A stretch of DNA of 63,623 bases, filler included, from Pelomyxa schiedti (Eukaryota > Protista > Evosea), in the NCBI GenBank assembly GCA_020536535.1. It is 10 parts of 10 records of this genome, joined end to end, with 100 filler letters (N's around TTAATTAATTAA, not from the genome) between each part and the next. Parts side by side here need not be neighbours in the genome. Positions count along the whole stretch, not along the records: positions 21,432 to 25,644 come from JAHLWZ010001623.1; positions 25,745 to 28,956 come from JAHLWZ010001797.1; positions 29,057 to 41,794 come from JAHLWZ010001203.1; 7 more parts are not named here. One strand, 5' to 3'. Below, one piece after another: positions 25,001 through 37,865 of this stretch (the first letter of the stretch is position 1; each line of letters starts with the position of its first letter). A program made the translations under genes and the position numbers. The notes below the pieces were generated by a model that saw only the letters and a program-made list of their open reading frames with translations, made no database searches and had not been told where the DNA came from.

Positions 25001-25480
25001 CCCGTCCTGCCACCTCCCCCTGGCCCAGTGGTCCCGCCTCAGCAGGCCCTCGTAGGTGGCCCCGCCGCCGTCGGTCCACGCGCCCCACCCGTCTCGCTCG
25101 TTGGCTGCCCACTCGCCGTCGTACCTCGCCCCGCCGCCGCCGCCGCTGCTGGTGCCGGTGGTGCTGGTGGGGGTGCCGCTGGTCGCCGGCCACGACATGG
25201 AGCCGCGGCCGTGCCTCTTGCCGCGGAACCACTGGCCGTCGTAGGCCTGCCCCGCGTGCCACGTGAACACGCCGTGGCCGTCGGGCTTGCTGCTGACCGC
25301 CCTGCCCGTGTACGCCCCCAGCTCCAGCCTCATGTCCTCCACCTCCACCACGGTGTTGTCATCCGCGGGCTCGGATGCCTCCTGTTGTTGTTGCTCCTTT
25401 TGTGGCTCCCCACTGCTGTTGTTACTAGCAGGGGTTACTGCGGCGGCGGAAGATGATTTGCCCACCAGCCAGCCCCACAT
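21640..25480 (-). CDS. MORN-repeat + coiled-coil + ubiquitin-like + TKL kinase protein, multi-exon
   Basis: Many YxGxWxxGxxHGxG repeats (24400-25320); coiled coil 23900-24200; KIEVEKRFGVDENQQVV...LLSD..TLSS (Ubl-like); kinase motifs GSGCYGTVY, VAVK, HRDLSSNN, DFG and GTMVHMAPQ. Confidence 0.8.
21946..22001. repeat. (AC)28 microsatellite
   Basis: Perfect dinucleotide run; forms the 5' part of a predicted 90-nt minus-strand intron (22001-21912). Confidence 0.95.
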
Positions 25481-25744
25481 TAGTGTTGTGATGACGAGGC
25501 GCTTGTGTCTGTTGTTGTGTTTGTTTTTTTTGAGAATGCCTAGTTGGTTTTTTCGTGTATCATACCAACTTAGAAAAATGATGACACGGTGAAGGCAAGA
25601 GTCTATTGAGTTTTATGACTTGGGTAGGGCGCACCTGAGGGCGTNNNNNNNNNNNNNNNNNNNNNNNNNNNNNNNNNNNNNNNNNNNNTTAATTAATTAA
25701 NNNNNNNNNNNNNNNNNNNNNNNNNNNNNNNNNNNNNNNNNNNN

Positions 25745-26090
25745 AGCTGCGGAACGAGCTGTCCCACTCGGTGCAGTCCTCGGCCGGCGTCATGACGACG
25801 GTGAGGAGCCCCGCGCGGGCGGGGGCCACGACCCACGCGCGGCCGATGCAGTAGACGAGCACCCACCGCGGGAGCGTGCTCGCCGGGCAACAACGATTGA
25901 CACCACGCCCGCCGCGGTGCGCAGGGGATTTATACGACGGCGACGATGATGAGGAGGAGGAGGAGGAGCAGCGTGAGGGAGATGGTGATGGTGGGTTGGT
26001 GGTGCGGGGGGGGAGGAGGGCACAGGCCAGCGCAATAAACTGTTGTTTGGCAATGAGGTGGTTGCCACCCGGGCACAACACCGGTTGCAT
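25745..26090 (-). CDS. QFIAL-RCG family member, 5' part (cut by contig end)
   Basis: AKQQFIALACALL...CPASTLPRWVLVYCIGRAWVVAP. Confidence 0.7.
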
Positions 26091-26145
26091 CTTTGGTGCG
26101 TTTCTTCGAAAACATCAAATTCTTACCGCCGACGTTGATTTTTTG

Positions 26146-27390
26146 ATGGATGGAGTGTGGGAGACGTTGAAACGGGCCGTTGGCGGTGTGAGTGACAACT
26201 GCCGAACGAACAATGATGGGACGGTGGGCACCACCGGTGTTTTGTGGAACAGGGAATGCTGGAGGAGGGTGTGCGTCGCTGTTATTTATGGTTGCACCAC
26301 AACCAGGGTGGCACCACGTCCGTGGAGGAGCAGCGGCCACCGTCGCGATTGTGGGATTAAGTACCTGCCATCTACCCTCATCGCCTCAATTTGTTTGTTG
26401 ATGAAGCCACCCTTCTTTGGTGTATGTATGAATAGGAACCTTTTATTTTACTTACGTTGTGACTTGGATTTGTGCATGCACTGGAAACTGCAGTTCAGGG
26501 AGAATTTGGCTTATCGAGTGAGTGACGATGGACTGACTGCAACCACACTGATGCGATATCACTTCTACAGGTGGATTCTCACAAGTGACAGCTTTTGTCT
26601 GCCTGAGGGCTCGGGTGTTGACTTGTCACTCCTTGGAAGCGACGAATTGAACATTAGTGAGAGAAAGTGTGGGTGGGGAGTCAGTGGTCACCTGAGTGTG
26701 GTGGAGTTCAATCCAAAGCAAAAGCCACAGTGGAAGAAAAATGCCACAACCAGGTGATCCCAACTGATTTGAATTTCCCCCAACCAGTTCACAGGTGTTA
26801 CAAAAGAATGGACAAAAAAGCAGGTTTTATTGTTGGAATCCTTGGCTACACATCTGAAATCGATGTGACCTCTTTCAGTTTCAGTGGCATCTTCTATTCC
26901 AGGCCTCCAGACTGTGAATATTCAGTGATACTCCATTGCTACGACGGAGCAGTTTTTTTGAAACACACTGAGAAGTTCCATCTATTCACACCATGTCCCA
27001 GAAACTATCCTGGGGAAAAAGAAACAAACGAGTACACAGTTGAAGTGGATTTGGTTGCTGGAACCCTTGAAAGTTTTGTTGGAAATGGAACACTTTCCCA
27101 GCCAATGACTCTCCCAAGGTTAGTCTGGAATTTTGGCCTTCACTCACTCTTAATTGTTTTTCTCAAAAAGAGTGACACCACAAGGTAAACGTATCTTTTG
27201 GTATCATGCGTGCGCTCTGTTCTTCCCTGATTCCACTGTGAGCCTGGTGCCAACACAAGAAGGATGAGACTTTGAAGATAGTCACAAGCTCTAAAGCAAA
27301 ATGAAGGAAAACAATCCAGTTTCTGAGGCAACATACATGCCCATTCAATCCATGAATGATGCGAGGTTCAGGACAACCAAGTCGGGCTGA
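26146..27390 (+). CDS. Uncharacterised protein with F-box/SOCS-like N-terminal helix and a SPRY-like beta domain, multi-exon
   Basis: VCVAVIYGC...IKYLPSTLIASICLLM; YRVSDDGLTAT, GFIVGIL, YTVEVDLVAGTLE; a GT-AG intron at ~26754-26794 joins the two ORFs. Confidence 0.5.
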
Positions 27391-27524
27391 TATGTATTAT
27401 GCTGAAAGATCCCCTGGGTTGTGCCACATCCTACAAACTGCCTTCTTTCGGAACGAAATAAATCCGGATTTCCCCTAAATCAGGGTGAAATGAGATGAAG
27501 CTTCATGAGAACAAATATGTGAAA

Positions 27525-27596
27525 TCCGATGTGGTGTAGTTGGCAACATCTCTGACTTTCACTCAGTGGCCCCGGGTTCGATTCCCGGCATCGGAA
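27525..27596 (+). tRNA. tRNA-Glu (anticodon TTC)
   Basis: 72-nt cloverleaf: acceptor TCCGATG/CATCGGA, anticodon loop CTTTCAC, T-arm CCGGG-TTCGATT-CCCGG; followed by an oligo-T Pol III terminator. Confidence 0.95.
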
Positions 27597-27615
27597 TTTT
27601 TCTTTTTTTTCTTTC

Positions 27616-28956
27616 TTAGGGGTCCAGGAGTTGCGGGATGGAAGGCCTGTGTTGTGGATCCAGGGTCCAACAGCACGTCATAAGTTGCTGTGCCCAGCAA
27701 GGTATCCGCGTCGATGCCGTACTCGAGGCGGTATCTGCTGAGTGCGGAAAGAATCCGCTGATGAATTGCTGTGATTGTGCAAGATGTTGCTGATGGAGGT
27801 GCTTGGTGTTGGTTGGTGTGATGATGGTTGTGGAACCTGGTGGTTGCTGCAGAGCGAACAGAGCGGTGCCGAGTTGGCGAAGCTTCACCCTCTGTGTCCT
27901 GGGGCCGGGCCCTTTGCGTGAATGAGGTAATAACACAGGGTGCATGGAGGAGTGATGGAAGGAAGTTCCGGAACCCGGGCTGGAATCGCCGGGAAGTTCG
28001 CGTGAGTTTATTTGCAGCTCAACAGAGGATGTCAGGGGGTCAATAACCCGGTGCGTGAGAACTCCTGTGTGGGAATAAGTCCGGTGAACAGTGCAGAGTG
28101 CAGAAAATATACACACCAAACCTCCACACATCGGTCTGGGTGTTGAGGAGCGGTGTTCTCTGGGCTGCTTCTTCCGGGCTCCAACAAGGCCGCGCCGATG
28201 GTAGTTCTGTTTGAGTGCAGAAGTAGTCACCAATCTTCATTTCTTTCTGTGAGAGGAAAGAAAGAGCAGAAAATAAGAATTTGACCTTAACATAAGGGCC
28301 TGGCTGTGATTCATCGAGTGATATGACCAAAATATTGCCTGTTTTTTGTTGTGTGTTGGTTGATTGGTAATTTTAGTGTTTGGCAAATACAAACCAACAT
28401 CAAGGTTCGCAATAACGGGAGGAACCAATCCATGGAGGTGGCACAAACCATGTGCAATGTCTTTCAGAATCTTCTCCCTCAAAGTAATTGACAACACTTG
28501 TTCCAGAAGCTGCCGATTCCCTTTTTGAATGCAGATTTTCAACAATGGCCCAAGGAAAGGAGTGCTGTTGAGTCTTGTCATTGACTTGTCTCCCAGTGCT
28601 TCCTCCAGATGTGTGGGGACTCTTGGATTTGAACATTCCATCACCTTGCCGACAGATTCCTTGTCCGTGTCCAAGATCAGGCCAATGAACTTTGCAACCT
28701 TTGGGTGATCTGGAATGGAGGAGATGTGTGCTTTTTTAGCACAGCTGACATCCCTCATTTGTTTCACAACTCTCACCAAGTGGCCACGCCATGTTGCCAT
28801 CGTTGTGGTTTCCTCTGTTTCTGTCTTGGTTGTAGGCTCCAAGTTGCCAAAGACTATGTGCCTGTTATCCAGGAAAACAGAATAGCCAAGGCCAAAAAAG
28901 TCGGGTGCACAATCCTGCACACTCACTGACGTTGGTGATCCATCTTGCTTGCATGT
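27616..28956 (-). CDS. TKL-type pseudokinase, 5'-truncated by the contig end, multi-exon
   Basis: HPKVAKFIG, KILKDIAHGLCHLH, TDVWRFG, CCWTLDPQHRPSI; HRD replaced by ANLD, DFG by DYF, APE by SPE. Confidence 0.7.
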
Positions 28957-29841
28957 NNNNNNNNNNNNNNNNNNNNNNNNNNNNNNNNNNNNNNNNNNNN
29001 TTAATTAATTAANNNNNNNNNNNNNNNNNNNNNNNNNNNNNNNNNNNNNNNNNNNNCAGGGGGGAGCCCAGAAAACACTTCTAGGTGGACAGGGCATCTA
29101 TTTTTCGAAAACATCCAGTGCTGGAAAAATTCCCGGGATATTCTATGGAAAAAGTCAGTGGGTGCAATTGAGGTTGCTAACTTTATCTTCAGTATTTATC
29201 AGTTCCATACGTTGGGGAGTCGGCTGGAATTCCAGTTGTGAGATGAACAACAAAAGTCCCGAATAAGCGGTTCTTATAAATCTGCTTCCAGTTGGAATCA
29301 GAAGGAGGTTCCTCCGCGCCAGGCAGAGGGAAGTGCCCAAAGTCCCGCTGGTACATTATCTGCCACAGTGCGTTCGAGCAGCAAGCCCTATTCCACTCCT
29401 GGGCATCTCATTACTACCGTTAGGAGATATCTCGCTAACAAAGTCCAACTCAATAATAATATTGCACTCATTTTATTATAAACGGTGGTGAGAGCTTAGT
29501 TAATACATATATTCGTATAATAACTATTACTATTATATAACACTGTTACTTTTTTACACGGGGGGGAAAAAAAAACCACAACATACGGAACAAACACGAG
29601 CGACCACGAACACAGCATGCAAATTTGGCTTGAGACACGCAGGGATCGGGGCCGCACCCCTCGTGGTGTTGTTGTCCAGCCTCGCGGGTCGCGTGAGCAT
29701 CAGCACAACATTTCCCATAATCATTGCATCCAGCCCGGTGGACGCCGTTGACGTTGTCGTCGTAGACATTTGAGTGCCTTCCGAACTGTCCGTTTGTTTT
29801 TCGGTTCCGAACCAAAAAGTTTTTCTCTGAAGCTGCTGAAG

Positions 29842-31095
29842 ATGGCGACGTCGTGTTGGAATCTGTTCGGGAGCCCCGAAGGCGGCGGGGTCGTGGCGAT
29901 TTCGTTCCCGTGGCAACGAAAAGGCACCTTTTGCGGCGAAAGCCGGGCCAAGTTGATGGTGACTATGTTTCCCACAATTTGGTCGCAGCTGATGGCCCTG
30001 CTCGTTGGCGTCTGCCACCGGCGCTGCGGGTCTGTGTCGCCCGCGCGTGCGTTATCCATGCACGGCGCGCCTCTCGTCTCCCAATTGTGGGACACTTCTG
30101 CCCTCCTGCTGTCCGAGACTGTGTTGTCAGTCCAAGTACGTTGGCGCAAGTGGGTTCTCTTTGGATTCTCCCCATTGTGCGGACTGACTCCTGGAGGTGT
30201 CACTGAACACCTACCTTCACATGATCTAGCCTGCACCGATTGGTACGCAGACAACGGCGTGTGGGTGATGAGCTCCTTTGAGGGAACGGAGGGCGTGAGA
30301 CTGCGCGTGGCGCCGGTGAGCCATTATGGGAACTACCAGAGAATGGCGGTCCCGGTGGAGGGACCTGTGGCGGATTCACGGAATCTGGTTGTGAGGAGCG
30401 TGTCCTTTAATAGGGTGGCTCCAAATGAGGCTCTTGTTGTGCTGTTTGAGGAATCCACTTTAGGCAGATGCATTATATGCATTCTGGTGGATGTGGCAGG
30501 TTCCTTCTCTGCAGGGCACTTGCATGTAACCAGCAGAACAAAGCTCCCTTTTCCAACGGTTTGTGAGATCACTTCTGACTCTGTAGCCATTATGGGGAAA
30601 GCAGGTTCCCATGTTTTCATTGTGAAAACGTTTGAGGAACATTCACAAGTTTTTGCACTGGAGGAGAGCACAGCCACAGTTACAGAACTTCATACATGCG
30701 TTTGTGATGGTGTTTCTCAGGTGAATGAGGCCATGTTTTGTGTTTATAGCTGCTCTACTATGTTCTATGAAATCTGGGAGTGTCGTGAAACCACAAGAAG
30801 GGTACACTCACTCTGCCTATCCCAAGAGAATCCACTGGAAGTCTCACAATGCAAAGTGGAGAGGGGGTGTCTAATTGTATGCAACAGAATTGATCAAACA
30901 CTGTCAATTTATGAGATTCTCTCTGGGCAGGCACTTATCTCCATCAGCACCATAGGTGGTATAGAAGAAAACATCAAGGTTGTCCCCTTGAAAGACCCAA
31001 CACAGAAGTCTCAAAGCCAACAAAGCGCAGCAAAATCTGATGCCAATGCACAACCGACATCTCATCACACCAAGCCATCTTGCAACAACTGTTGA
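29842..31095 (+). CDS. QFIAL-RCG family protein (divergent subfamily), intronless
   Basis: WSQLMALLVGVCHRRCGSVSPARAL, FGFSPLCGL and C-terminal IYEILSGQALISI. Confidence 0.78.
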   Translation: MATSCWNLFGSPEGGGVVAISFPWQRKGTFCGESRAKLMVTMFPTIWSQLMALLVGVCHRRCGSVSPARALSMHGAPLVSQLWDTSALLLSETVLSVQVRWRKWVLFGFSPLCGLTPGGVTEHLPSHDLACTDWYADNGVWVMSSFEGTEGVRLRVAPVSHYGNYQRMAVPVEGPVADSRNLVVRSVSFNRVAPNEALVVLFEESTLGRCIICILVDVAGSFSAGHLHVTSRTKLPFPTVCEITSDSVAIMGKAGSHVFIVKTFEEHSQVFALEESTATVTELHTCVCDGVSQVNEAMFCVYSCSTMFYEIWECRETTRRVHSLCLSQENPLEVSQCKVERGCLIVCNRIDQTLSIYEILSGQALISISTIGGIEENIKVVPLKDPTQKSQSQQSAAKSDANAQPTSHHTKPSCNNC

Positions 31096-31281
31096 AGACT
31101 TTCAATGGCAAGTGAGTCACCACGTTGTTACGGACTATGGTGTGCTCTTCTCCCAGCCAATTATCACCCGCCAAACAGGGAAGTCCAAAATTTTGAAGAT
31201 GAGGTTTTTTTTGGTTTTTTGTTTTATTTGTTTCAGTGTTGTGGTACTGCGGTGTGGTCTCTGGTGCTTACCACAATAATT

Positions 31282-33287
31282 TTAGGACTTGGACATGAAG
31301 GCCTCAATCTCCGCTGGGGTGCGAGGAAGGCCGCATGACAGGATTTCACACCCGGTTTCAGTTACGAGCACATCGTCCTCAATGCGGACACCTCCAAAGT
31401 TCATGAACGCCACCAGCTTTTCCTTAACCAGGAATTTGGCTTGGTCCGGGTTCTGTGGGGAATGTTAGAACTTAAACCGGTGGTAGAAGGAGAAGAAGCG
31501 GAACCTCAAATGCCGGTTCGAGCAGGAAAGAGTTGAAGTATACACCAGGCTCTACAGTGAGAATCATACCGGGAACCAAGGGACGAGCGCACCTCAATCT
31601 GGAAAGCGGTCAGTGGTGTCATAACAAGAAGATAAGAAAAGTACCGGGACTCTCCTGGCGCCGTGCTTCTCGTTGTCCCCCTTGGGTAGCCACCAACATC
31701 ATGCGTATCCTTAGCGAGTGTCAGTTAAGGGGTGAATTTAGAAGGTAATAACCAATCCAAGGAGATGACCAAGTCCATGGGGCATGAAAAGAGCGCCAAT
31801 GTGAACCTTCATCATCTCGTCAACATCTCCCTGATAACTGTAAGAAGCACAAAGAATGTAAAGAAGGAATACTTTGAGGAAACCACGTTGCTTGAGCTGT
31901 TCGCAAATAACACGATTGGCAAGCTTGTGCATATCTGGCCACGATACTCCTGGCCTCATATTCTCTTCAACTGCCCGATTTGCAGCAAGGACTGTCTGGT
32001 GCATCATTAAGTTTTGCTTGGAAAGAGCACAGGAAATTCACCTCGTAGACATCGCGTTGGTCGGCTGTGAACCTGCCGTTTACAGGGAAGGTGCATGTAA
32101 TATCACCATCATAGCAGTGGTATTCCGCACCCATGTCAACCAAAACCAGATCACCTATGAGCTTTTAATAAAAGAATAGAAGACTGGAGTTCCTTACCAT
32201 CTTGCATCTGTCGGTCATTAGGTGCACCAGCATGTCCATAATGGAGAACAGCAGAATTTGGGCCAGACCCACAAATGGGTGTGTAACCACTGTGCCTGCA
32301 ACCGCTATTGAAGTACATGTGGTGAAGGAATAAAGACTCCAACTGGTATTCCATCATTCCAGGGGCACAGCTTTTCATCACCTTTAAAATTGGGAGGTAA
32401 GACCAACAGTGGTAAAAAAAAACCTAGTTACCGCTTTGTGAGCCTCTGCAGAAGCCTTGACCACATAGCGCATCACCTCAATTTCGGCTGGGGTCTTGGT
32501 GAGGCGGCACTCATATACTTCACGGAACAGACGGCCTTTGTCCACCTATTTTTTATGTCATCACTCATTGCTAAGAATTAGATTGGTTACATGGTATTTA
32601 GCGATTCCAGAAAAGGTTGCCTCCGCAACAACAATTCCACTGTCAGTGTTGACTCCATGCATTGTGTAGATGATATCAGGGTCATACTCAGCAACAAAGG
32701 CGGGGATTTCGTCGACATACTTAACTTCGTCGACTCCATAGCGGGCCACATAGAATGATGGGGGCTGTAGAAACTTGAGACAGTTTCCTTTAATTCACAG
32801 GGTTACCTGAATCTTTCCCAAAATCGCTTGGTACGCAGGATTTGGGCGGGACATGAACAATATGGACTTTGAGGAGGCCATATCGATGATTCCCATGCAA
32901 CCGGGGTCGCGAACGCCAAATAAGTATTGGAATGTGCTCTCCTGCTTGAAAGTGTAGTCGATATCACTATCATTTATAGCAGTATCATCTCCACCTGCAA
33001 TCGCAATTATTCTCTTTGTCACCCGGTGTCATATTTACACAAAAAGATTACAACAAGTTGCTAAAAACGAACAGCAAGCATTGTGAAGTCAACACAACAA
33101 AAACTACAAAAATTTTTATGCAAAAAAAAAAACAAATACCCTTCACGAAAAGAAGTGATTTAACAGGGCAAGGGTTGGCCGCGTCGCGGAACCTGCCCAT
33201 GAGCTTGACCCTGTTTTGTTTGTGTAGATCCGTTCCCACCTTCAACGTCGCCTGTCCCATCCAATGTACTACCGGTGTCGCTGCCAT
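31282..33287 (-). CDS. PEPD: Xaa-Pro dipeptidase (prolidase, M24B), multi-exon
   Basis: [74 protein letters not shown]. Confidence 0.95.
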
Positions 33288-33488
33288 CCTCCCCAAGAGA
33301 TGTTTTTTTTTTTTTGTGTTTGTTTGCTGTTTTTTCTTTGTGTTTTTGATTCTTCTTGAAGGGTTTTTCGGCCGATCTTCTGTGAAGGGCCGATGCGTTG
33401 AACCTAGCAACTCCGTGTGCCTGTGGTTTTCCCCACGGCCACACATCGCCGTTTTTCTTCTCAGTAACGATTCACACAACAGTGACGA

Positions 33489-36400
33489 ATGTCCGCCAGC
33501 GTCGTCGAAGTGTCAGAGCAGACCAACGACAACGACAGCGACAGCGACAACGACAACAGACCAACGGGGTGGCTTGGACACGTCACCACTCGGCAGCTCC
33601 TGTTGGCCCCAGACCCGATGTGCGACCTGCTGCTGGCCTCGCACCCTGTGGGTGCTGGGGACCCACAGGCTGCTCGTCGTCGACGCTGGGGCGGTGCGCG
33701 GCGCCGGGGGTCGGGCGGGCGGGCGGGACGTGCACGGCTGAGCGGCGGTGCTGGGAATCTCGATGATCCTGCTTGGAATGACATGCGTCTCGAGTCCATG
33801 TCGTCGGTACTTAGATAGTGTGTGCTGGGACGTGGGGGTGCGTGGCGAGTGAGTGGAGGTGGTCATGATCATGATCATGGCGCTGAATGCTACTGCTGGA
33901 CAACTCAATGGATTGCCATTTTATACCATTGCAGAAGATTGTATTATGAACTCTTTGGGGAAAAGCAACAAAGGTTGAGCTTTCGTACTTTTCTTTGTCA
34001 GAATACAATGGGTGTGTGGAAAAAGCGTGGGTGTACTGGTGGGGAATTATTTAATCATTAAATTGCTACCAACCGTTTGCCCACTAAAGTTGCACTGTAA
34101 GAGGGTAAGTTTTTGGTTTTGGTAATACTGCTACCTGGATATGTGCATCGTTTGATAAGCAGGCACAGAAGTTCTGCATGCTGGTTTATTGCCTTTGCAA
34201 TCAGATTTTGAAATCAATCCCATGCATGCTGGCAAAAGAACTCCCAAAGTCGGATCTGATCCTTGGTTTTTAGTGCCACATAATATCATATAATTGTATA
34301 AAGATAGGGGAATGCATTACAACGATACCAGCTTTTTCCTTTTGCTTTGTGTGGCACCAGTTACAGTAGTAGTAAATAATACAGAGGTACGGAGCCACCT
34401 CACTATCCACGTTCTTTTCCGTCGGTGCCAATGACTACAGCAAAACACACCCACAGTGTGGGTGTGAGTATGACTGTCCGCGATGGAGGGAGGGTCGTTG
34501 TTGTAACATGGCTGCTGTCGGTTTCAAGTTGATGCTCTGGTGGAGTCGGCGCCATGTGTTGTCGCCCTGGTTACTACTAATCTACTAGTAAAAAGTAGGT
34601 CGGCTGAGACTCAGCTATGGAAGACTGACTGGGGGACTGCACCACAGGAGGAGGGCCAAGTGTTGGAAGACTCAAGGAGGAAACTGGACCCAAACAAGAT
34701 GCAATCCTGTCCCACAAGTACATCCCAAAAAAAAAACTGGAGTACTTTTGAGTAGCTTGAGAGAAAGAAAAACTGGGAACACTCCCCCAAAAAGGTTGCA
34801 ATGAACATTGCATTGAAGTGATATAAGACCACCTCTTTGGCATTCAATCAGTGTCTCAATGACTCTTGACCTTTATTGGCAACAAATCCACACACAAAGA
34901 AACATGGTTTTTGTGTAAAAACTTGGTTTCCTTCTTAAAAAACAACCAACATAAGATTTTTGGTGCCTCATACAAACTGTTAAAAGACAGTATCTTGTCC
35001 AGTATGTGCACCAAGGTACACAAGGAAGGAAGCAGTTTGTTTCCTTCATAGACCCAGCAAGGCGCGGAACCTAGCCTGGACTGCGGTGCCCAACTTTGTT
35101 CGTTGCCAGCTCGGCAGCCAGGGGTGAAGTGAGAAGCGGCACGTGGGCAGGTGCCCTCTGGGACCAAGCCCCGGCTGGATCCGCGCGCCGCGTCGGCAAC
35201 CTACAGTCCTTGGAGCACTCACAGAAATTTCTTTTGTTCAAAGAAAGCATCAGTTCTTTTAATATGAAATACTTGTGACATAATGGCATGCGGAGATACC
35301 GGCATAGTGCCAAGAGAGAATCCAGCATGGTGGCCTCGTGATTACCCTGCAAAGAGTGCTACTGCAGAATGCGTCTTCAATCGGCATTTTAGAGGATATT
35401 GCCGGCACTGAAGTGGACATTTACAGCACTGGCAGCATGCATCCTACTTGGATAGTGAATTTCACTCTATGATATAGAAATTTCGAAATAGTCATGGTAA
35501 ACAATATTTTGAATGAGGAATATGTACCCAATGTTTTGATTGCACTCTCTGTGCATATGGATTAGCTACAAAGCTATGTATCAATTTCCACTCAGAATTG
35601 TCATAAAATCGGTTCATCAACCCTAAATTATTTGTTGGTCAATTCGAATTTACAAGTAAAGATTACCTGAACCTGTGTTTCACATTTCTGCACAGGGATT
35701 GCAGAACCCTCTGGAATTACTATGTCACACTGTGTCGACCTTTGGGAAGGGTGCCCTCAGGAACACAGTATAGAAGTGAGGTGTGCCTTCATGGAAGCTC
35801 ACTGACATCTCGTGATGTCACAGCTATCATGGCCAGGACTTACCTATGTTAGACCTCATTGTTAGTTGGCCTACAGGACGTGATAATGGGAAAAAACACA
35901 CACACTTTGTTCCCCTGTAGGATTACCCAGGGTGCTCCAACATGGAATTTGAGCTGCACTGAAAAACAGCATTGGAATTGCTGAAATCGATGTGAACAGC
36001 ATTGGAATTGCTGAACTTAGCAGCAGGCCTGGGAGAGGCAATTAGTTATTGATTTTGGAGCATTGGAAGGAACCTGTGGTGTTGAGGAGGTTGCCTTGTC
36101 CAGTTTGAGGCACTTGGACAAGAAGAAGGAAAACTTGTCATTGGACCACCCTATACTAGACTGCATGCACCATCTCGTGATGAATGCACAGCCTGAGAGA
36201 TCTGGACACCAAGCCAGAATCTATGAGCCAACATTCATATCATCTGGAGGCACCAGAATCTTCTGCATGAAGTTAGTTTGGCATCTTTGAAGAGAATGGC
36301 ATTACCTTGCTCAAATTGGAGGCAGTGCAAGATGGACAACCTGAGGAATTTCTGGTAATTCTTACACCAAGTCGGCACACAGCATAGGCGCAAATTCGAG
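33489..36400 (+). pseudogene. Heavily degraded gene with ankyrin-like (ACxxGxxxVVKWL-type) repeat remnants
   Basis: CpG-rich 5' ORF, then frameshifted remnants such as GCTGG..IIKL (~34030), DGGRVVVVTWLL (~34480) and FVA-QLGSQG-VK* (~35100). Confidence 0.35.
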
Positions 36401-37865
36401 AATGGCACTGCACACACAGGAGGCACCTGTAAGCATGGGAAATGCTAAAACACCAGCAAGGAAACCAAGGCAAGGAAGCCACAATTTGTATATGTTCGCC
36501 AAGCATGGAAATTGCTCAGAATTCTATCGTTTTCAAATCGGACCTATTTCTTGAGTTAGAGGAAATCTCTGAGGAGCTGAACATACCTATTTTTGCCAAG
36601 AACATGAAGCTCAGCAACAAGAGCATTGCGAGCAATCTAGCATTTTCTCTAGGACCGCCATGAGCAAGAATATTCTGAGGCGGACCAACACATTATTTCC
36701 AAGCATCTGCACAAGCTCTGGACACTGCAATGTGCAAGTCAGATCAAAACATACTCTTATGGAAATTGCACATACCTGGAAAAGCAAATGCGCAACTCAG
36801 CAGCAATGCTGCAAGGTGGACACTATTCAATTCAGCTGAGAGCATCAAGCAGATCATTGTCAACGCCAAGGCAATGGCATCAGATATGGATACAAGCAAA
36901 CCTAATCCAGCAAAACGCAAGAAGCACATCAGCACAGCTCACAGCATGCTAGAACATTCAAGCTGCACAAGCTAGGAGCAGTTGGCAACAACAGCAGTCT
37001 TTGCTACCTTCGCCATGAGTAAGGAATCATCCTAGGGAAAATGGAACCATACCTAGGAACAATTCATACTGCAATTCATTCAAGCTGGAAGCTGGCAGCG
37101 CATATTTCAAGGAGGTCATCCAAACTAAGCACTGCAAGGAGCAGACAGCATCCCAACAACTGCAGAACGAATTGGCAAGTCAGCTTCAAAGTCACTTCAA
37201 GCCTGGAAATGCAATCAGCCCAATTTCAGTCCCACAAGAGTCCCTTGTTCTGTAAGAAGTCAGACGCAGAACAGCAACTATTCTGGACTTACCTGAAGGC
37301 TCTAGGCATGCATACAAAGCACTTTCTGAGGCGCAGGAGACATCAGCATCAATCCTCATGACACCTATGTTACCTGAGTTAGTATGCTAGCTAGAATTGC
37401 ATTGCATACGAACCTGAAGAAATTTCTGTGCAATCAGGCAGCTTTCACACAAGCCTGTAATCAGCAGCAACTCTACTCTGGCTGCCATAGCATTTTCTGC
37501 ACAGTGAATCACTGGTCCGATATACTAGAACTCTATCTGAGAAATCTCAGCCCTGCAAGGCAACAAAGCATCTTTGGCAGCAATGTAGTCAACCAAGCAA
37601 GTCCACAAGCTCATCTCCATCATTTTCTGAACAAGTTAAGAGGCAGAGATCACAACACTGACATACCAAATTCAAATCCACATTGTGCTTCAATACCCTG
37701 CAAATCACCCAGCATAATCTTCATCACACAGCATTCTGGACGAATCAAATCCAACATCTGCATTTAATTAGACTCCAACATCATTCATTCATGCATACTG
37801 AGATCAAAACGAATTTCATGCATAGCCTGGACCTGGGAAACGGCCAAAACCCCACAAGAGGTCTG
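36380..37865 (-). mobile_element. Possible decayed hAT-like transposase relic
   Basis: CpG-poor, CA/TG-rich, stop-riddled stretch. Minus-strand EQFPCLANIY/IVASLP...AYRCLL..CHS near 36400-36520 resembles the hAT dimerisation motif. Confidence 0.22.

Noticed and set aside
35055-35200. GC-rich foldback resembling a tRNA-like RNA or HDV-like ribozyme
   Set aside because: No TTC T-loop and no canonical P1/P1.1; it reads as a frameshifted ankyrin-like repeat of the surrounding pseudogene. An Rfam scan would settle it.
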